A stretch of DNA of 64,000 nt from Octopus sinensis (GCF_006345805.1 NC_043001.1:122760001-122824000), one strand, 5' to 3'; numbered from the stretch's first letter, positions 11,652-25,551 are shown. Notes: generated by a model not told the origin, from the sequence alone. Program-made: numbers and translations.

Positions 11652-11880
11652 ATATATATATATGTCTTTGTGTCTGTATTTGTTTCCCCACCATCGCTTG
11701 ACAACCGATTCTGGGGTGTTTATGTCCCCGTAACTTAGCGGTTCGGCAAAGGAGATCGATAGAATAAGTACTAGGCTTGCAAGGAAGAAGTGCTGGGGTC
11801 AATTTCTTCCTTCGACTAAAACCCTTTAAGGTGGTACTCCAGCATGTCTGGAGTGAAATGACTGAAACAAGTAAAAGAAT
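11361..11880 (+). mobile_element. SINE-B with an internal inverted segment
   Basis: 11453-11508 is the reverse complement of 11681-11732. Confidence 0.85.
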
Positions 11881-12929
11881 AGAAGAATAACAGAATACGC
11901 TTGTATTTTCGCACTTGTACGTGCATATTTATGCGTGTACCGAGTAAGGTGTACTCCACCATAGTCACAATCCAATAATGGTAGCCTATAATAAACCTAT
12001 AAATATCACACCATGGATATCTAATTATGGGGGGTTTACACCACGACATGCATATCCGATTCTCCCTGCATTGAAAACAATCTCAAATGTGTTATCTTTC
12101 AGACATATTCATTAAGATTGCTTCATTAATTGCTATTTAAGTTAGTTCCTGGATTCCTTAAGATATGCAGCTACACAAGAAGACGAGCTCAAAGACTTTG
12201 GCTCTAAGCTTTACGCAACCAGTACCCAATCGTCCCATATAATAATCTATTTTGTTTAATTAATTAAGCTAAATAATAGCTTTTTAAATCCTAACTGAAA
12301 AATATATCATCTCAGACATATTTTTGTTTTATTTTTTGTAAATATTTTACCATAAGGTAAAGAAATTATGAAAAGAAATTAAGAACTTTGGTAATAAAGC
12401 ATTTCTTCTAAATGAATATTTTTAGGTTTTATTTATTTTTATTTACAAACTTCAGGTTTACTTCTATGTAATGAAATCTTAGTGAGCTTATCCATTTATT
12501 TATTTCGTTGGCAATTTACTTAAATGATAATAAAAAGTAAAATAGTTTGGTGGAGAGCCAGTTTAAGTTTCATGCACAAGCGATAAATTATTCGAAATAA
12601 CTTGGATTGTATCCATATTATCTTTGTATTGCAAAAAAAAGAAAAAATGAATAAACGCATAAATAAATAAATAAATGTGAAAATAAAAAATAAATATATT
12701 CCAACAAAAAAAAAAAGGCGAAACGTTTACGTCAGTTCTTGTGTTTTCATGGCCTGGGGGTTGAGTATGCGAGGTTAAAGAGTATAGTTTGTGGTGTAAA
12801 CTTCTAATGGACAGATTTGTTCTATGAGTTAGATTGCAGCCGTTTTAGTTTAGTTTCCAGTATATTTTATTTCCAACTTCACCGAAAAATACGCGACTTT
12901 GGTGAAGGGAACGTGGAGGAGAGGTGTCT

Positions 12930-13011
12930 TCGTAATCGTTGTCAACATCGTCATCATCATAATCATCACCATCAATATCGGCATACCCACCTCCTCCTCA
13001 TCCGTCTCCTT

Positions 13012-13049
<38 letters not shown>

Positions 13050-13155
13050 TATCAACAACATCGTCGTCGTCATCTCTTCATCATCATCGTCGTCGTCGTC
13101 GCCGACGCCACCTTTATCATCATCGCCGTTGTCGCCGACATCATCATCATCATTG

Positions 13156-13202
<47 letters not shown>

Positions 13203-13320
13203 TTCCTTCTTCATCATCATCATCATCATCGTCGTCGTCATCGTCGTCGTCATCGTCATCGTCATCATCATCATCATCATTATCATCATCATCATCATCA
13301 TCGTCGTCGTTTTCGTCACA
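12930..13320. repeat. (ATC/GTC)n trinucleotide microsatellite, ~390 bp
   Basis: Directly visible. Confidence 0.95.
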
Positions 13321-13374
13321 AATAATCCAGTAGGGAGACATCGAGATCAATGGCGTTCTAGTCGTGACCATTAA

Positions 13375-13640
13375 GCACCAGTTACGCACTGGGGTCGATG
13401 TAATCGACTTAATATTTTTGTCTGTCCTTGTCTGTCCTCTCTATGTTTAGCCCCTTGTGGGTAATAAAGAAATAGGTATTTCGTCTGTCGTTACGTTCTG
13501 AGTTCAAATTCCGCCGAGGTCGACTTTGCCTTCATCCTTTCGGGGTCGATAAATTAAGTACCAGTTACGCACTGGGGTTGATGTAATCGACTTAATCCGT
13601 TTGTCTGTCCTTGTTTGTCCCCTCTGTGTTTAGCCCCTTG
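13375..13640 (+). mobile_element. 5'-truncated SINE-A dimer
   Basis: Junction AAAGAAATAGGTATTTCGTC near 13470. Confidence 0.85.
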
Positions 13641-13761
13641 TGGGCAGTAAAGAAATATATAGTAGAAGACAACTGCCCAAGGTTCAACGCAGTCGGATTG
13701 AGCCCAGAACCGTGTGGTTGAGAAGCAAGCTTCATATCACACAGCCACTCCTGCAGCTATA

Positions 13762-14152
13762 CTCTTTTACTCTTTTACTTGTTTCCGTCATTTGACTGCG
13801 GCCATGCTGGAGCACCGCCTTTAGTCGAGTAAATCGACCCCGGGACTTATTCTTTGTAAGCCCAGTACTTATTCTATCTGTCTCTTTTGCCGAACCGCTA
13901 AGTGACGGGGACGTAAACACACCAGCATCGGTTGTCAAGCAATGCTAGGGGGACAAACACACACACATACACATATATACATATATACGACAGGCTTCTT
14001 TCAGTTTCCGTCTAGCAAATCCACTCACAAGGCATTGGTCGGCCCGGGGCTATAGCAGAAGACACTTGCCCAAGATGCCACGCAGTGGGACTGAACCCGG
14101 AACCATGTGGCTGGTAAGCAAGCTACTTACCACACAGCCACTCCTGCGCCTA
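13762..14152 (-). mobile_element. SINE-B, full length
   Basis: Head, internal (TA/CA), tail. Confidence 0.9.
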
Positions 14153-15244
14153 TGTATAAAAATGATTTCATTGTAGGCTTAGCAATCATTACCTCATGAC
14201 ATTACATCGATATTTCGTGTAGAAATAATTACTTTTTCTTTTGAAAAAAAATAGTAGGCATAACATCCAGTTATGAGATATTAGCTATGTTGTAGATATA
14301 TATTGCATTAGAGTCGTTGGCGTTATTATTTTTATTGTTTCTTTAATGTCACCCTATTCTCGTTATTTTTGTGTAAGAAGTAATTTTTGCTTCGACTCCT
14401 CTGCGAATGTTACACTTTGCTTTCTGTATCTGCTTAAGCGAAATCGTTTTGTCCCAACGTCATTAGGTCTAAAAGAATCTGATCCGTTTACCACATCCTG
14501 AAAAGGCACTCGAGTGGTTAATTATCAGAAATTAAAGATGTCTGCATAAAACGTTAACAAGGCGAGGTCTAAAGTGTGATAACTGTCAATCTTGCTTGTG
14601 AGTAGCTAATGGAGAAGATGACGTGGAGGGATATTAAACAGAGCTGTTGAAAGCAGTCGACTATAGCAGCGAGGTGATGTACTAACAGCATGTTAATTGC
14701 TGTCTGATAAATGATATTTGCCAACGTTATTAGCTTGAATTGAAACCTTTAAACCTTTTGAGTAATTTATTATTTTTCTCGGGTAAATTATTGCGCTGGT
14801 TAGATTTCAAAACATATTTATTTCTTCGTTGCTTTCTCAAATGACTTGAAGCAATTTCGCTGTTCTGATATCTTGTTTCAAATACGAAATAACGCTAAAT
14901 AAACTAAGACAATCGACTGTCAAACAGAGAAAGCTGATTTATTAACAGAGTATAAGTTCAATTCCATTAATTTCTATCAAGCTTTCCTCAGATAAGACAT
15001 TTTGAGAAATTTCCTTTTGGTAGTCAGATTACGTCTAACTCAAGACAATTGCTGTGTTATATAAAACGTGAGAACGCAATTATTAAATCTTGATTGCGTG
15101 TTTAAATTGACACTCTTGTTAGTTTTTGTTGCAGAGTCAGCCTTGTTCAGCAAATCTATGATCAACAAACCTATGGTCAAAGCCAATTCAACTATGACCA
15201 TTCCAATATTTTGTATATCCAGGCCTAAGTTATCCAATATATTA

Positions 15245-15268
15245 AAGATAGATAGATAGATCGATTGG

Positions 15269-15345
<77 letters not shown>

Positions 15346-15450
15346 CGATTGGTAGATAGATAAGTAGTTGGATAGCACCAGACAGACAAATAGACAGACA
15401 GATAGATAAATAGATAGATGCATAGAAACGGACAGACAAACAGATAGATA
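15245..15450. repeat. (GATA/GACA)n microsatellite
   Basis: Directly visible. Confidence 0.95.
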
Positions 15451-15562
15451 GAAGTTGACCTCGGCGGAATTTGAACTCGGAACGTAGCGACAGACGAAAT
15501 ACTGCTGAGCATTTCGCCCGGCGTGCTAACGTTTCTGCCAGCTCCCCGCCTGAATACCCCCA

Positions 15563-15594
<32 letters not shown>

Positions 15595-16270
15595 CACGTG
15601 GCTTCGTGGTTAGGAGTATTTGGCTCACGATCTTTCGATCGTAGGTTCAATTCCAAGTGACGCGTTGTGCCCTTTATTTCACTTTGTTCCACTCCACTCT
15701 GGGAGAAATGAGCAATACCTGTATTTCAAAAGGTACACCTGCCTAAGGCGGCGAGCTGGCAGAAACGTTAGCATGCCGGGCGAAATGCTCAGCAGTATTT
15801 CGTCTGTCGCTACGTTCTGAGTTCAAATTTCGCCGAGGTCGACTTTGCCTTTCATCCTTTCGGGGTCGATTAAATAAGTACCAGTTACGCACTGGGGTCG
15901 ATATAATCGACTTAATCCGTTTGTCTGTCCTTGTTTGTCTCTTCTGTGTTTAGCCCTTGTGGGCAGTAAAGAAATAGGTATTTCGTCTGCCGCTACGTTC
16001 TGAGTTCAAATTCTGCCGCGGTCGACTTTGCCTTTCATCCTTTCGGGGTCGATTAAATAAGTACCAGTTACGCACTGGGGTCGATATAATCGGCTTAATC
16101 CGTTTGTCTGTCCTTGTTTGTCTCTTCTGTGTTTAGCCCCTTGTGGGTAATAAAGAAATAGGTACACGTGCCTGTGGAATGCTCAGCCACTTGCACGTTC
16201 ATTTCTCGAGCAAGCTCTTTCGTTAATCGTATCAGCTGGGACCCTCCTCGTCGTAACCGACGGAGTGCTC
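15595..16270 (+). mobile_element. SINE-D interrupted by a SINE-A concatemer (15745-16160)
   Basis: Duplicated AGGTACAC(C/G)TGCCT flanks the SINE-A; SINE-D tail resumes at 16160. Confidence 0.85.
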
Positions 16271-16896
16271 CTCCTCTATCCAATGTATACTTCCGTTTAT
16301 AAGATAGTAAGCAGCAAACCGAAGTAGTTTTTGTCGCCATTATTGTAGCGAGTCGAACAACGGCATAGAGTAAGGAAGAGGAATCATTTTAACATCAACG
16401 GTGAACTGCAAGTGCATAAGAACCCGTGAGGGTGCATCTGTACTGAGCAACATAACGAATCTTTATAATTTTACAAATTCACAGCTTATATTAAATTGGC
16501 TTCGAATTTTGGCACAAGGCCTGCTGTTTTAGGGGAACCCAATATTCAACTGTCCGATGTACTAACGATTCTGCCTGCTTAAATTACCGTTTTGATTTTA
16601 ACACTTAAGCCCTATTATCGCATGAGATTTTCCAGATTCCATCAGCAGGCAGCATCGGAATTGAATGCTGGCGAAATTTCGCTCATCGTCTCAGAGCTCC
16701 CCAACACCTGACACAGAGGCTCCTGCATTGGTTCATCATTTTGTGGTTTATGTTTTTATCCTCCGCTTAACTTGAGCTATTAATTCCGTCTATCATTCAA
16801 TCATATGTATTTCAGGTTTAGACAATTATCTTACTTGCAAACCACGCGGAGTTTCGGGCATATTATTAATACTCAACAAATTTTATTTAAGTTAGT

Positions 16897-17335
16897 TACT
16901 CTTTTACTCTTTTATCTGTTTCCGTCATTTGACCGTGGCCATGCTGGAGCACCGCCTTTTAGTCGAGTAAATCGACCCCAGGACTTATTCTTTGTAAGCC
17001 TAATACTTATTCTATCGGTCACTTTTGCAGAACCGCTAATGCTACGGGGACGTAAACACACCATCATCGGTTGTCAAGCGGTGTTAGGGGAGGCGGAACA
17101 AACACAGATACACAAACGCACACACACCACACACACACGCACACACACACATATATACATATACATATATATGACGGGCTTCTTTCAGTTTTCGTCTACC
17201 AAATCCACTCACAAGGCTTTGGTCGGCCCGAGGCTATAGTAGAAGACACTTGCCCAAGATGCCACGCAGTGGTACTGAACCCAGAACCATATAGTTGGTA
17301 AGCAAGCTACTTACTACACAGCCACTCCTACGCCC
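16897..17335 (-). mobile_element. SINE-B, full length
   Basis: Both modules and internal microsatellite. Confidence 0.9.
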
Positions 17336-17527
17336 CCTGTTAATATAAGTCTGTAGTTATTCAGCTGGCAGAATCGTTAGCATGCCGGATAATAATGCTT
17401 TGCGACATTTCGTCTGTCTTAAGGTTCTGAGTTCAAATTCCGCCGTGGTCGACTTTGTCTTTCATTCCTTCGGAGTCAATGAAATAAGTCGCTATATTCC
17501 AAACAATCCTGCCTGAATACCTCCACC

Positions 17528-17584
<57 letters not shown>

Positions 17585-17824
17585 TCAATTTCTTTGATAA
17601 TCATTCAATAGTTGTCCTTAAAGAAACGCCTGTGCAAATCCGAGTCAGCCAATTCCCTATACACTCCCACATCCCCATAATTACAAGTGTCTTTTAATAG
17701 ACTCTGACGGCTAGACCATCATCAGTTTCCTTTAATTCCAGATATCTTAATCCTCTGTAATAAATTCTATGTAATTTTACTTTCAGAAATGTATTTTTAA
17801 TTTCAGAGAAGTCTCAAGCAGTCT

Positions 17825-17864
<40 letters not shown>

Positions 17865-18725
17865 CGGCGGCAGCGGTGGAGGTGCGAGTGGTGGTGGTGC
17901 TTAGCTCTGATTGTGCTAAGAACTATGACCAAAGGCATTTCCACTGTGACCATTATGTTTTTTTTCATCTTTGAATCTGTATCGAAGACCACGTCATTAT
18001 CTTTTCTTTCAAGCCTACAAGGTCCGATTTGAAAGATATTTAGCTGCTGTTACTTATTTTTTCGGGTTTAGAAAATAGTACGTAAAATGTGAGCTATAAA
18101 AAGTAGCTTGAAGTTGGTTTTCTTCTCAAAGAACAAAAATGAATTAATAAAAAGCAATATACCTTGTTTGTAAAAGGTTTTGGGCTTGGGTTTTCACTCC
18201 CTAAGCAAATTTCGTTCCCGTCCAGTGCACATTGGATAGCGATTTGTTATCAGTTGGTAGTTATAACCAGACATCAGTAAATAATTTATTTGATTCATTG
18301 GACTGTGTTACCTTTGACTGAGGAGACAGGACGATGTCGAAACGTCCTGTGACCTGGAGTGCCCTTACGCTAATAAATCAAGTGTGCTACAGAACTACAT
18401 TTGTTTTAAAGGAAACGTCATTCTACAACGACGAAATCCAGTTGCGATTAGCATATTCATGCTCGAATCTGCTAGAACGTATGAAGAATGAACGTCATCG
18501 TATTGTAACAATGGTTTTTATTTTAAAATATTCATAGGGAAATGGTTTCGAGGATACATATTGTTTTCACAGTAGGTAAATCATTTGACGCTGTGATTAC
18601 GTGAAACAAATTAATCGATATGGCGTTTTCATGTGTATGTGAGCAGATACATATATATATATATATATACATACATGCACACGCACCCCTATATATGTAT
18701 GTGTGTGTTATTATGTATGTATGTT

Positions 18726-18791
<66 letters not shown>

Positions 18792-18794
<3 letters not shown>

Positions 18795-18983
18795 AGAGTT
18801 TACGAAAAAAGAAAAGACGAAGACAGGTGGTGTACAAAACAAACAGATGCATTAGTATAACGCTCAGGAATAGAAAAAGTCTTTTACGTTTCGAGCCTAC
18901 GCTCTACTACAGAAAGGGACGCAGAAAAAGCAAGGAGAGAAAAGAATGTGTGTAGTGGCTAACGATCTATCATGCCGACTGAT
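18792..18983 (-). mobile_element. Penelope-like terminal repeat (family 2) inside (TA)n
   Basis: Minus CTTT-CTGTAGTA-GAGC-GTAG-GCTC-GAAA-CGTA-AAAG; relatives at 23005-23200 and 63157-63345. Confidence 0.6.
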
Positions 18984-19549
18984 ATGTATATATAGATATA
19001 TATATATATATATTATATATATATATATAATATATATATATATATATGTATATATGCATGTGTATATATATGCATACACACACACAGGATGTTCGGGCTA
19101 AAATTTACTGATTTACATGTAAGGGCTACCAGTCGAGAACTCTGCATACCGGAAGCCAGCAAGTGTATGGGGTCATCGGGAGAGAATGCGTGCCGTTTCG
19201 GGGCCTACCTCTCGACGGCATCAATGCGCACCGGCCCCCCTCACTGATTTGAGCCCCCCCCCCACACACACACACCTTGCTAGATCAACTGGTTATTAAA
19301 TAAAGCTCACTATTTCTCTAGCCGTTGCTCATCGTCTCTTTTTAACCAAATCCAGTGGCTAGCCTTCTCCACTGTAGTTCGGATATCGGTCATAAAAAAG
19401 CTACAGTGGAGACATACTCAATCACTTAAAATATAACAACAGTTTGCATTAAAAGGAAAAGAAAAGAAAATATCTTACCCAAATATAAAGCGTTTTCAAA
19501 AAACAAAAAATATCAACAAGAATTTGGCTGAGAGATAAAAGTCTGCGCA

Positions 19550-19900
19550 AAGTAGCCACCTTCAGCTTTCACCACTACCTCAAGACGGCTCGGATCCTGG
19601 CACATGCGTTTCTCTTTGTGTCATGAGAAGATCTCCGAACACCTCCTTGGTCATGGCCACCAGCTAGGCCTTGATGTTGAATATATACATATAAACCTCC
19701 ATCCATCCATCTATCCATCCATACATACACACATGCATACATCAAACATCCCTCAAACATCATTCGTCTCTCGAACATTTACACATTCCAAACCGCATCC
19801 AATTCTTCAGGCTCCTTGCTTAAATCTGTGGTGATGGTTCTGTAAGCGGCACCCATTGGAGATAACCACCATCTTCGCATTCAGCTTAGTTTCCGACTCC
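19550..19900 (-). mobile_element. Degraded Tc1/maT-like transposase 3' relic
   Basis: Minus frames give KEVFGDL, RNACARIR and LEVVVKAEGGYF, like the C-terminus at 48250-48300. Confidence 0.45.
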
Positions 19901-20309
19901 ATGACGCAAATTTTTGGTTCCCACTCACCAGATCTACCTTATTACACTCCACCAAACTCAGCACCCCGCATACACATACGTGAAGGAAAGAAATAACTGC
20001 TTGTTTCAAACGCACAAGCACTCTGGCCCTGACAATGTACCTTCCGTTACACACAAACATCATGTTCTCGGTGTGACCCTTTCAAAAACACAGGCTACCT
20101 CTCTAATCAATTCAACCACAGATAACTAAAAATAAGCACTGGGGTCGTTACAATCGGTCAAGTCCTTCAAGGCGGTGCCCCACAAAAGTCGTAACCCAAT
20201 GATTGACATCAGTCGCGGAGTAAAGAATTAAAGGAAGACTAATTGAATGTAAGTGATACAACTATATATGTATATAATATGGATGCACACAAATACAAAC
20301 TGAGATTAT

Positions 20310-20316
20310 ATTATAT

Positions 20317-20352
<36 letters not shown>

Positions 20353-20506
20353 GTATATATATACATATAGTTGTATCCAGCAGTCTCTCTGCACCTATTT
20401 GCTTATTCATAGAATTTCAGTTTGTATTTGTGTACATCCATATTATTTCATTTATTTGTTTGTTGGGGTGGTGATGAATGTTTATGGTTATGTGTTGCAT
20501 ATATAT

Positions 20507-20579
<73 letters not shown>

Positions 20580-20627
20580 TGTGTGTGTGTGTATGTATGT
20601 ATATATTTATGTATGTATGTATGTATG

Positions 20628-20683
<56 letters not shown>

Positions 20684-20972
20684 ACGTATGTATGTAAATG
20701 TATACTTTTCTGTGGGGGTGGTATGAACGTACGAGCGGAGCGCAAGTGAGAATATAATATATTTTCTTTAGATTTATATACGAAGACACGATTATGTTAC
20801 CATATTCATTTTCAGTTGTCTAAATCAAAAGAGAGAACATAGAAATAAATCGGTTGATATAGTTGGTGAGAAATTGATAGATGCATAGAGAAAATTGTTA
20901 GAAAAGCACATACGTATATATGTCTATACATACACACCTATATGCATACATAGTTATATAGATAGTCATATG

Positions 20973-21023
<51 letters not shown>

Positions 21024-21230
21024 ATATATATATATATATATTATATATATATATATATCGTGTGTGTATGAGAGAGACGGTGATAAGGAGAGAGCTGAAC
21101 CAAAGCAGATTGGATGAAAACCTGAGAAGGCAGAAAAGGGGGAGAGACAAAGACACGATGTATTTGTAGTAATGGAATGTATGTGTACATGTGTGCACGT
21201 GTGTATGTGTGTGTGTGTGTGTAAGATTGC
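20310..21230. repeat. Cluster of (TA)n, (TG)n and (TATG)n microsatellites
   Basis: Directly visible. Confidence 0.9.
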
Positions 21231-21829
21231 GTGACAGGAAGAGAAAAGTAGAAAGAGAATGAAACAATGGACCTTAGAAAAGAAACAGCGTAAGAAAAAA
21301 AGATAAAATAATTAAAAGGAAACGAGAATAAACATGGACGAAAAGTAGGTAGAAATATATAGATTAAATAAGGAAAGGGGAAAAAGAAGAAGAAGAAGAA
21401 TCGTAAGAGGGTGGAAAGGAAGGAGGATAGAGAGACGGCGAAGAAAGAAAGAGAGATGAGAGTCGGTGTATTCTCTGAGACATTTGGTGAAATTGCAACA
21501 GGAAATATATCTTTGTTACTTACAATAAATTGTGACGACTATAATCGTATCAATTTGATAAGAGATAAAAGCATAGAAGAGAGGAAAAATCTATTCCCAC
21601 ACTCACTATTATTTACATTTTTGTCTACTTTTCTCCCCCCGCCCCATTCCCACCTTTCCTCCTCTTTTCTTCTTTTTGTATTTCTTTCTTTCTTTCTTCC
21701 TTTCTTTACTTCTTTCTTTCATTGTTTATTTATTTTTTTTGCTTTCAATTATACGCGTTTCTCTTTGTGTCATTTCCATATTAATTGGGCAATTTCAAAA
21801 CAATTTAATCACTGAATACGCACATAAAC

Positions 21830-21830
21830 C

Positions 21831-21916
<86 letters not shown>

Positions 21917-21958
21917 ATAGATAAATAGATAGACAGACAGATAGACAGACAGACAGAC

Positions 21959-22024
<66 letters not shown>

Positions 22025-22080
22025 GCAGATCGATAGATAAGCACACAAATAGATAACTAGACAGATAGATATATAGGTAA

Positions 22081-22152
<72 letters not shown>

Positions 22153-22156
22153 GTAA

Positions 22157-22225
<69 letters not shown>

Positions 22226-22289
22226 AAAATAGATAGACAGATAGATAGATAGACAGACAGATAGACAAACAGAGAGAGAGAGAGAGACG

Positions 22290-22362
<73 letters not shown>

Positions 22363-22370
22363 TGACAGCC
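21830..22370. repeat. (CA)n followed by ~450 bp (GATA/GACA)n
   Basis: Directly visible. Confidence 0.95.
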
Positions 22371-22728
22371 AGAAAGAAAGAGGGACAGAGGGTAAAACAA
22401 AGAGAGAAGTGGACGGGAGATTGCTATAAATGCACACTCAGAAATATGGGGGTATATGTATGTGGGTGTACTCATAAATAGATAAACACAAATATATATG
22501 CATACATATATGTATGTATATTAAAGAAGAAAATATGTGCCGAAATAACGTATGCAAACAAAGACTCCTATAAATACCAATAAGTGCATACATACCTATC
22601 TGCGTACATATACACACACACATTTACTTATATATATATATAATATATATATATATACACACACACATATATACATACATACATAATATGTATATGCATT
22701 ATATATATATGTGTGTGTATGTGTATGT

Positions 22729-22778
<50 letters not shown>

Positions 22779-23004
22779 AGTGTATGTGCGTGTGTGTTTA
22801 CGCGTGTAAACGTGTCTTTGAGTTAAAATATGATAGAATTTCCTTTTTCTGTCTATTTTTTTAGAGTTAAAATAAGAATAGTTTACGAAGCAATTCTCAA
22901 ACTAAACAAGGGCATTCGTACATTCTGCCTCCTACGTAATAACGGAAATACAGTAGTTCCATCCATCTTCATAGTTCCGGATCCACTGTATGTATAGTGA
23001 GAAT

Positions 23005-23200
23005 TTAGAATAAACAAAAAACAAAAGACGAAGACGGGTGTGTGAACAACAAACAGATGTATTAGTTTAACGCTCGGGAAGTGAGAAACTCTTTTACGTT
23101 TCGAGCCGACGCTCTTCGGCAAAAAGGATCACAGAAATAAACAGGGAGAGAGAATAGAAAAAAAGGTATAGTGGCTAGCGATATATCATGGCGAATTCCA
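23005..23200 (-). mobile_element. Penelope-like terminal repeat (family 2)
   Basis: Similar to 18792-18983; ACGTTTCGAGCCGACGCTCTTC on +. Confidence 0.55.
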
Positions 23201-23504
23201 GACAGAGGGGTCGGTCGCACAGGAGAGCTAGGAAGGAGGGGAGATAATAAAGTAGTGGTGATCCCAAAACGAAGGTGCACGTGCGTGTGCATGCGTGTGG
23301 AAGGGGCTGGTGACATTGACGTGTGCGTGTGTGCATGTGTAGGTGGGTAGATGAATGTGTAGGTGCTGGGAAGTGGTCAGTGCTAGTGCGTGCGCTGGTG
23401 TGGGTGCTGGGAAGTAGTCAGTGATAGTGTGTGCGGGGTGGTGTGATGGTATGTGATGTTGTCATGTTAGGGTGTGGGAGAGGCGAGTGTGGGGGAAGCA
23501 AGGG

Positions 23505-23768
23505 TTTCCTGGTTTCCTTGGCGTATAGATTCCCCACCTGGACGGGACGCCAGTCCGTCGCAGGTGAGCTGCAAGATGCAGGAGGAAAGAGTGCGAGAAA
23601 GTTGTGGCGAAAGAGTCAGCAGCAGAAGTTCGTCATTAAACTTCTGCCGGAGTCGCGTGGAGCTTAGGTGTCTCGCTCATAAACACACACATCGCCCGGT
23701 CTGAGATTCGAACCCGCGATCCCTCGACTGCGAGTCCGCTGCTCTAACCACTAGGTAATGTGCCTCCA
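23505..23768 (-). mobile_element. SINE-C head with tail E (V-domain-like)
   Basis: Minus CTGCGACGGACTGGCGTCCCGTCCAGG follows the SINE-C body. Confidence 0.75.
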
Positions 23769-25551
23769 CAGAATTCACATAGCCTTTTGCAAATACTGTT
23801 TATAACTAACATTCGACAGAAATAATCTTTATTACAAAACAGTCTAGCAAAATCCTGAAGCCATGCACATCTTTAAAATGCGCTACACTAATCTATGCCA
23901 TGGATGAACAGGTTAGCTTGAACCTCTCAAAATTGAATGACAATACATGCATCACCATGAGAATATTAGGATTACAGTCGAGTATCAGAGAACTATGAGA
24001 ACGTATTGAGAATCAATATGTGCCATCGTTTTGAATCTCTTTGTTCACGCGCACATGATCATTTGTCCCACCACCACCACCACCACACATTCACACATGT
24101 ATGCACACACGCATATACATGCAGGCACATATACATACATACACACACACACATATACATATATGGCTCCCAGTAGAAACGAAATTCATGATGAATTTGT
24201 CTATACTTTTAGTATTGAGTATCTAACATCAGTAAATGTTTTATTGTTATGCTTAAAATTGTTTAAAATAACAACGCCCGAAATTAGCATGCACGCATGC
24301 ACACACACACACACACTTACACACACACACACACAAACACGTACGCGCACACACACACACACGTATAGACATTCGTACAGGTATGCGTTCACATACTTTA
24401 CATGCATAAAACACATACACAAATATCTCTGTTCACACGGACACAAATTGAACGTGCAGTCAGATGTCTAGAAACCGAAAGACAGCACAAATCACATACG
24501 TTGTAGACAAGCAATGTGCACATATAACATAAATATACACAGAAATAGAAACAATGGAAAAAGCAGACGACACATGTTTTAACCTCTGGCAACAAGGCTG
24601 AAGCGGATAAAACCGATGAAAACGAAAACAAAAAAAGCACCATTGTTTTTGTTCGGTTTTAAGGGAACAATTTTTCTTCTGATTAAACTCTTTTCTTCCC
24701 ATTGCCATTACATCGTATTAGCTGACTGTTTACGTGTTTCTTCAAGTTTCCAGAAGTAGAAAAAACAAAAGAAAAAGTAAACAAAAGAAATTGATGGTTT
24801 ATATTGAGGAGACAATCCTTTATACAATTTCTCGTCAAGGAATTTGGTTGTAATAAAGTGGTTTGTTTAACATCGTCTGACTTCGTAATTATTTTTGTTC
24901 AGCCATTGTACATCTATTGTTTGATATTATTAAAATGAAGGTAAATTTTACATATTCATAAAATACACAGCCACATGCCTACAGGCAATAAATATATCGA
25001 ATAACATAAAGACATGCTCGTATACATGTCACTTAGAATGATAATCACTTTATCGTATGCACACGCATGCACATAGTAATGTAGACATTAGAAAATATCT
25101 TGTATTCTTAAAATATTGTAAAGTTTAAAAAGAAAACCATGACGAAGCAAAATAACTAATCAAATTTTTAAAAAAATAACTTTCTTAAGAAACAACATCG
25201 TCGTTCGCCTGTAAATAGAAGAACGGCAAGCAAGACGTAAATATTTGTTTAAATTTTTTTCCTGTTCGGCACAGTAGAATAAGAGTTAAACTGACGGTAA
25301 GTCATGTCTGAAACTCGATTTCAATCCCAGCTTCAAGTACCTCATTTGCGATGCTATTTTGTGGCTGATGTTGTCAATGGTTTGGGCAGTGCATAGATAC
25401 ATGGATGACAAAGGAAGGAGTGATAGAGAAATAAGGAAGGAAGGGGTGATGACAAAATGTGAATGTTTGTATGTGTGAGTGAACATTCAACGATGAAAAG
25501 AAAAATCAAATGGCGTTTCAACTCTGTGAGTATATGTGTGTATATTCTTTT

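Noticed and set aside
12817-13374. 185-aa ORF with poly-His/Ile/Ser (and poly-Asp/Met ORFs on minus)
   Set aside because: Entirely an (ATC/GTC)n expansion; all frames are open for the same reason.
15068-15259. ORFs on both strands next to a TTGCAG acceptor
   Set aside because: All frames short or running into (GATA)n; no recognisable domain; likely a decayed repeat.
17800-17900. Ser/Gly-rich frame KSQAVC(S)nGGSGGGASGGGA*
   Set aside because: (GTA)n microsatellite grading into GGN triplets, a common pattern here.
19366-19412. 14-bp stem, 19-nt loop hairpin as a pre-miRNA
   Set aside because: Stem too short and does not extend.
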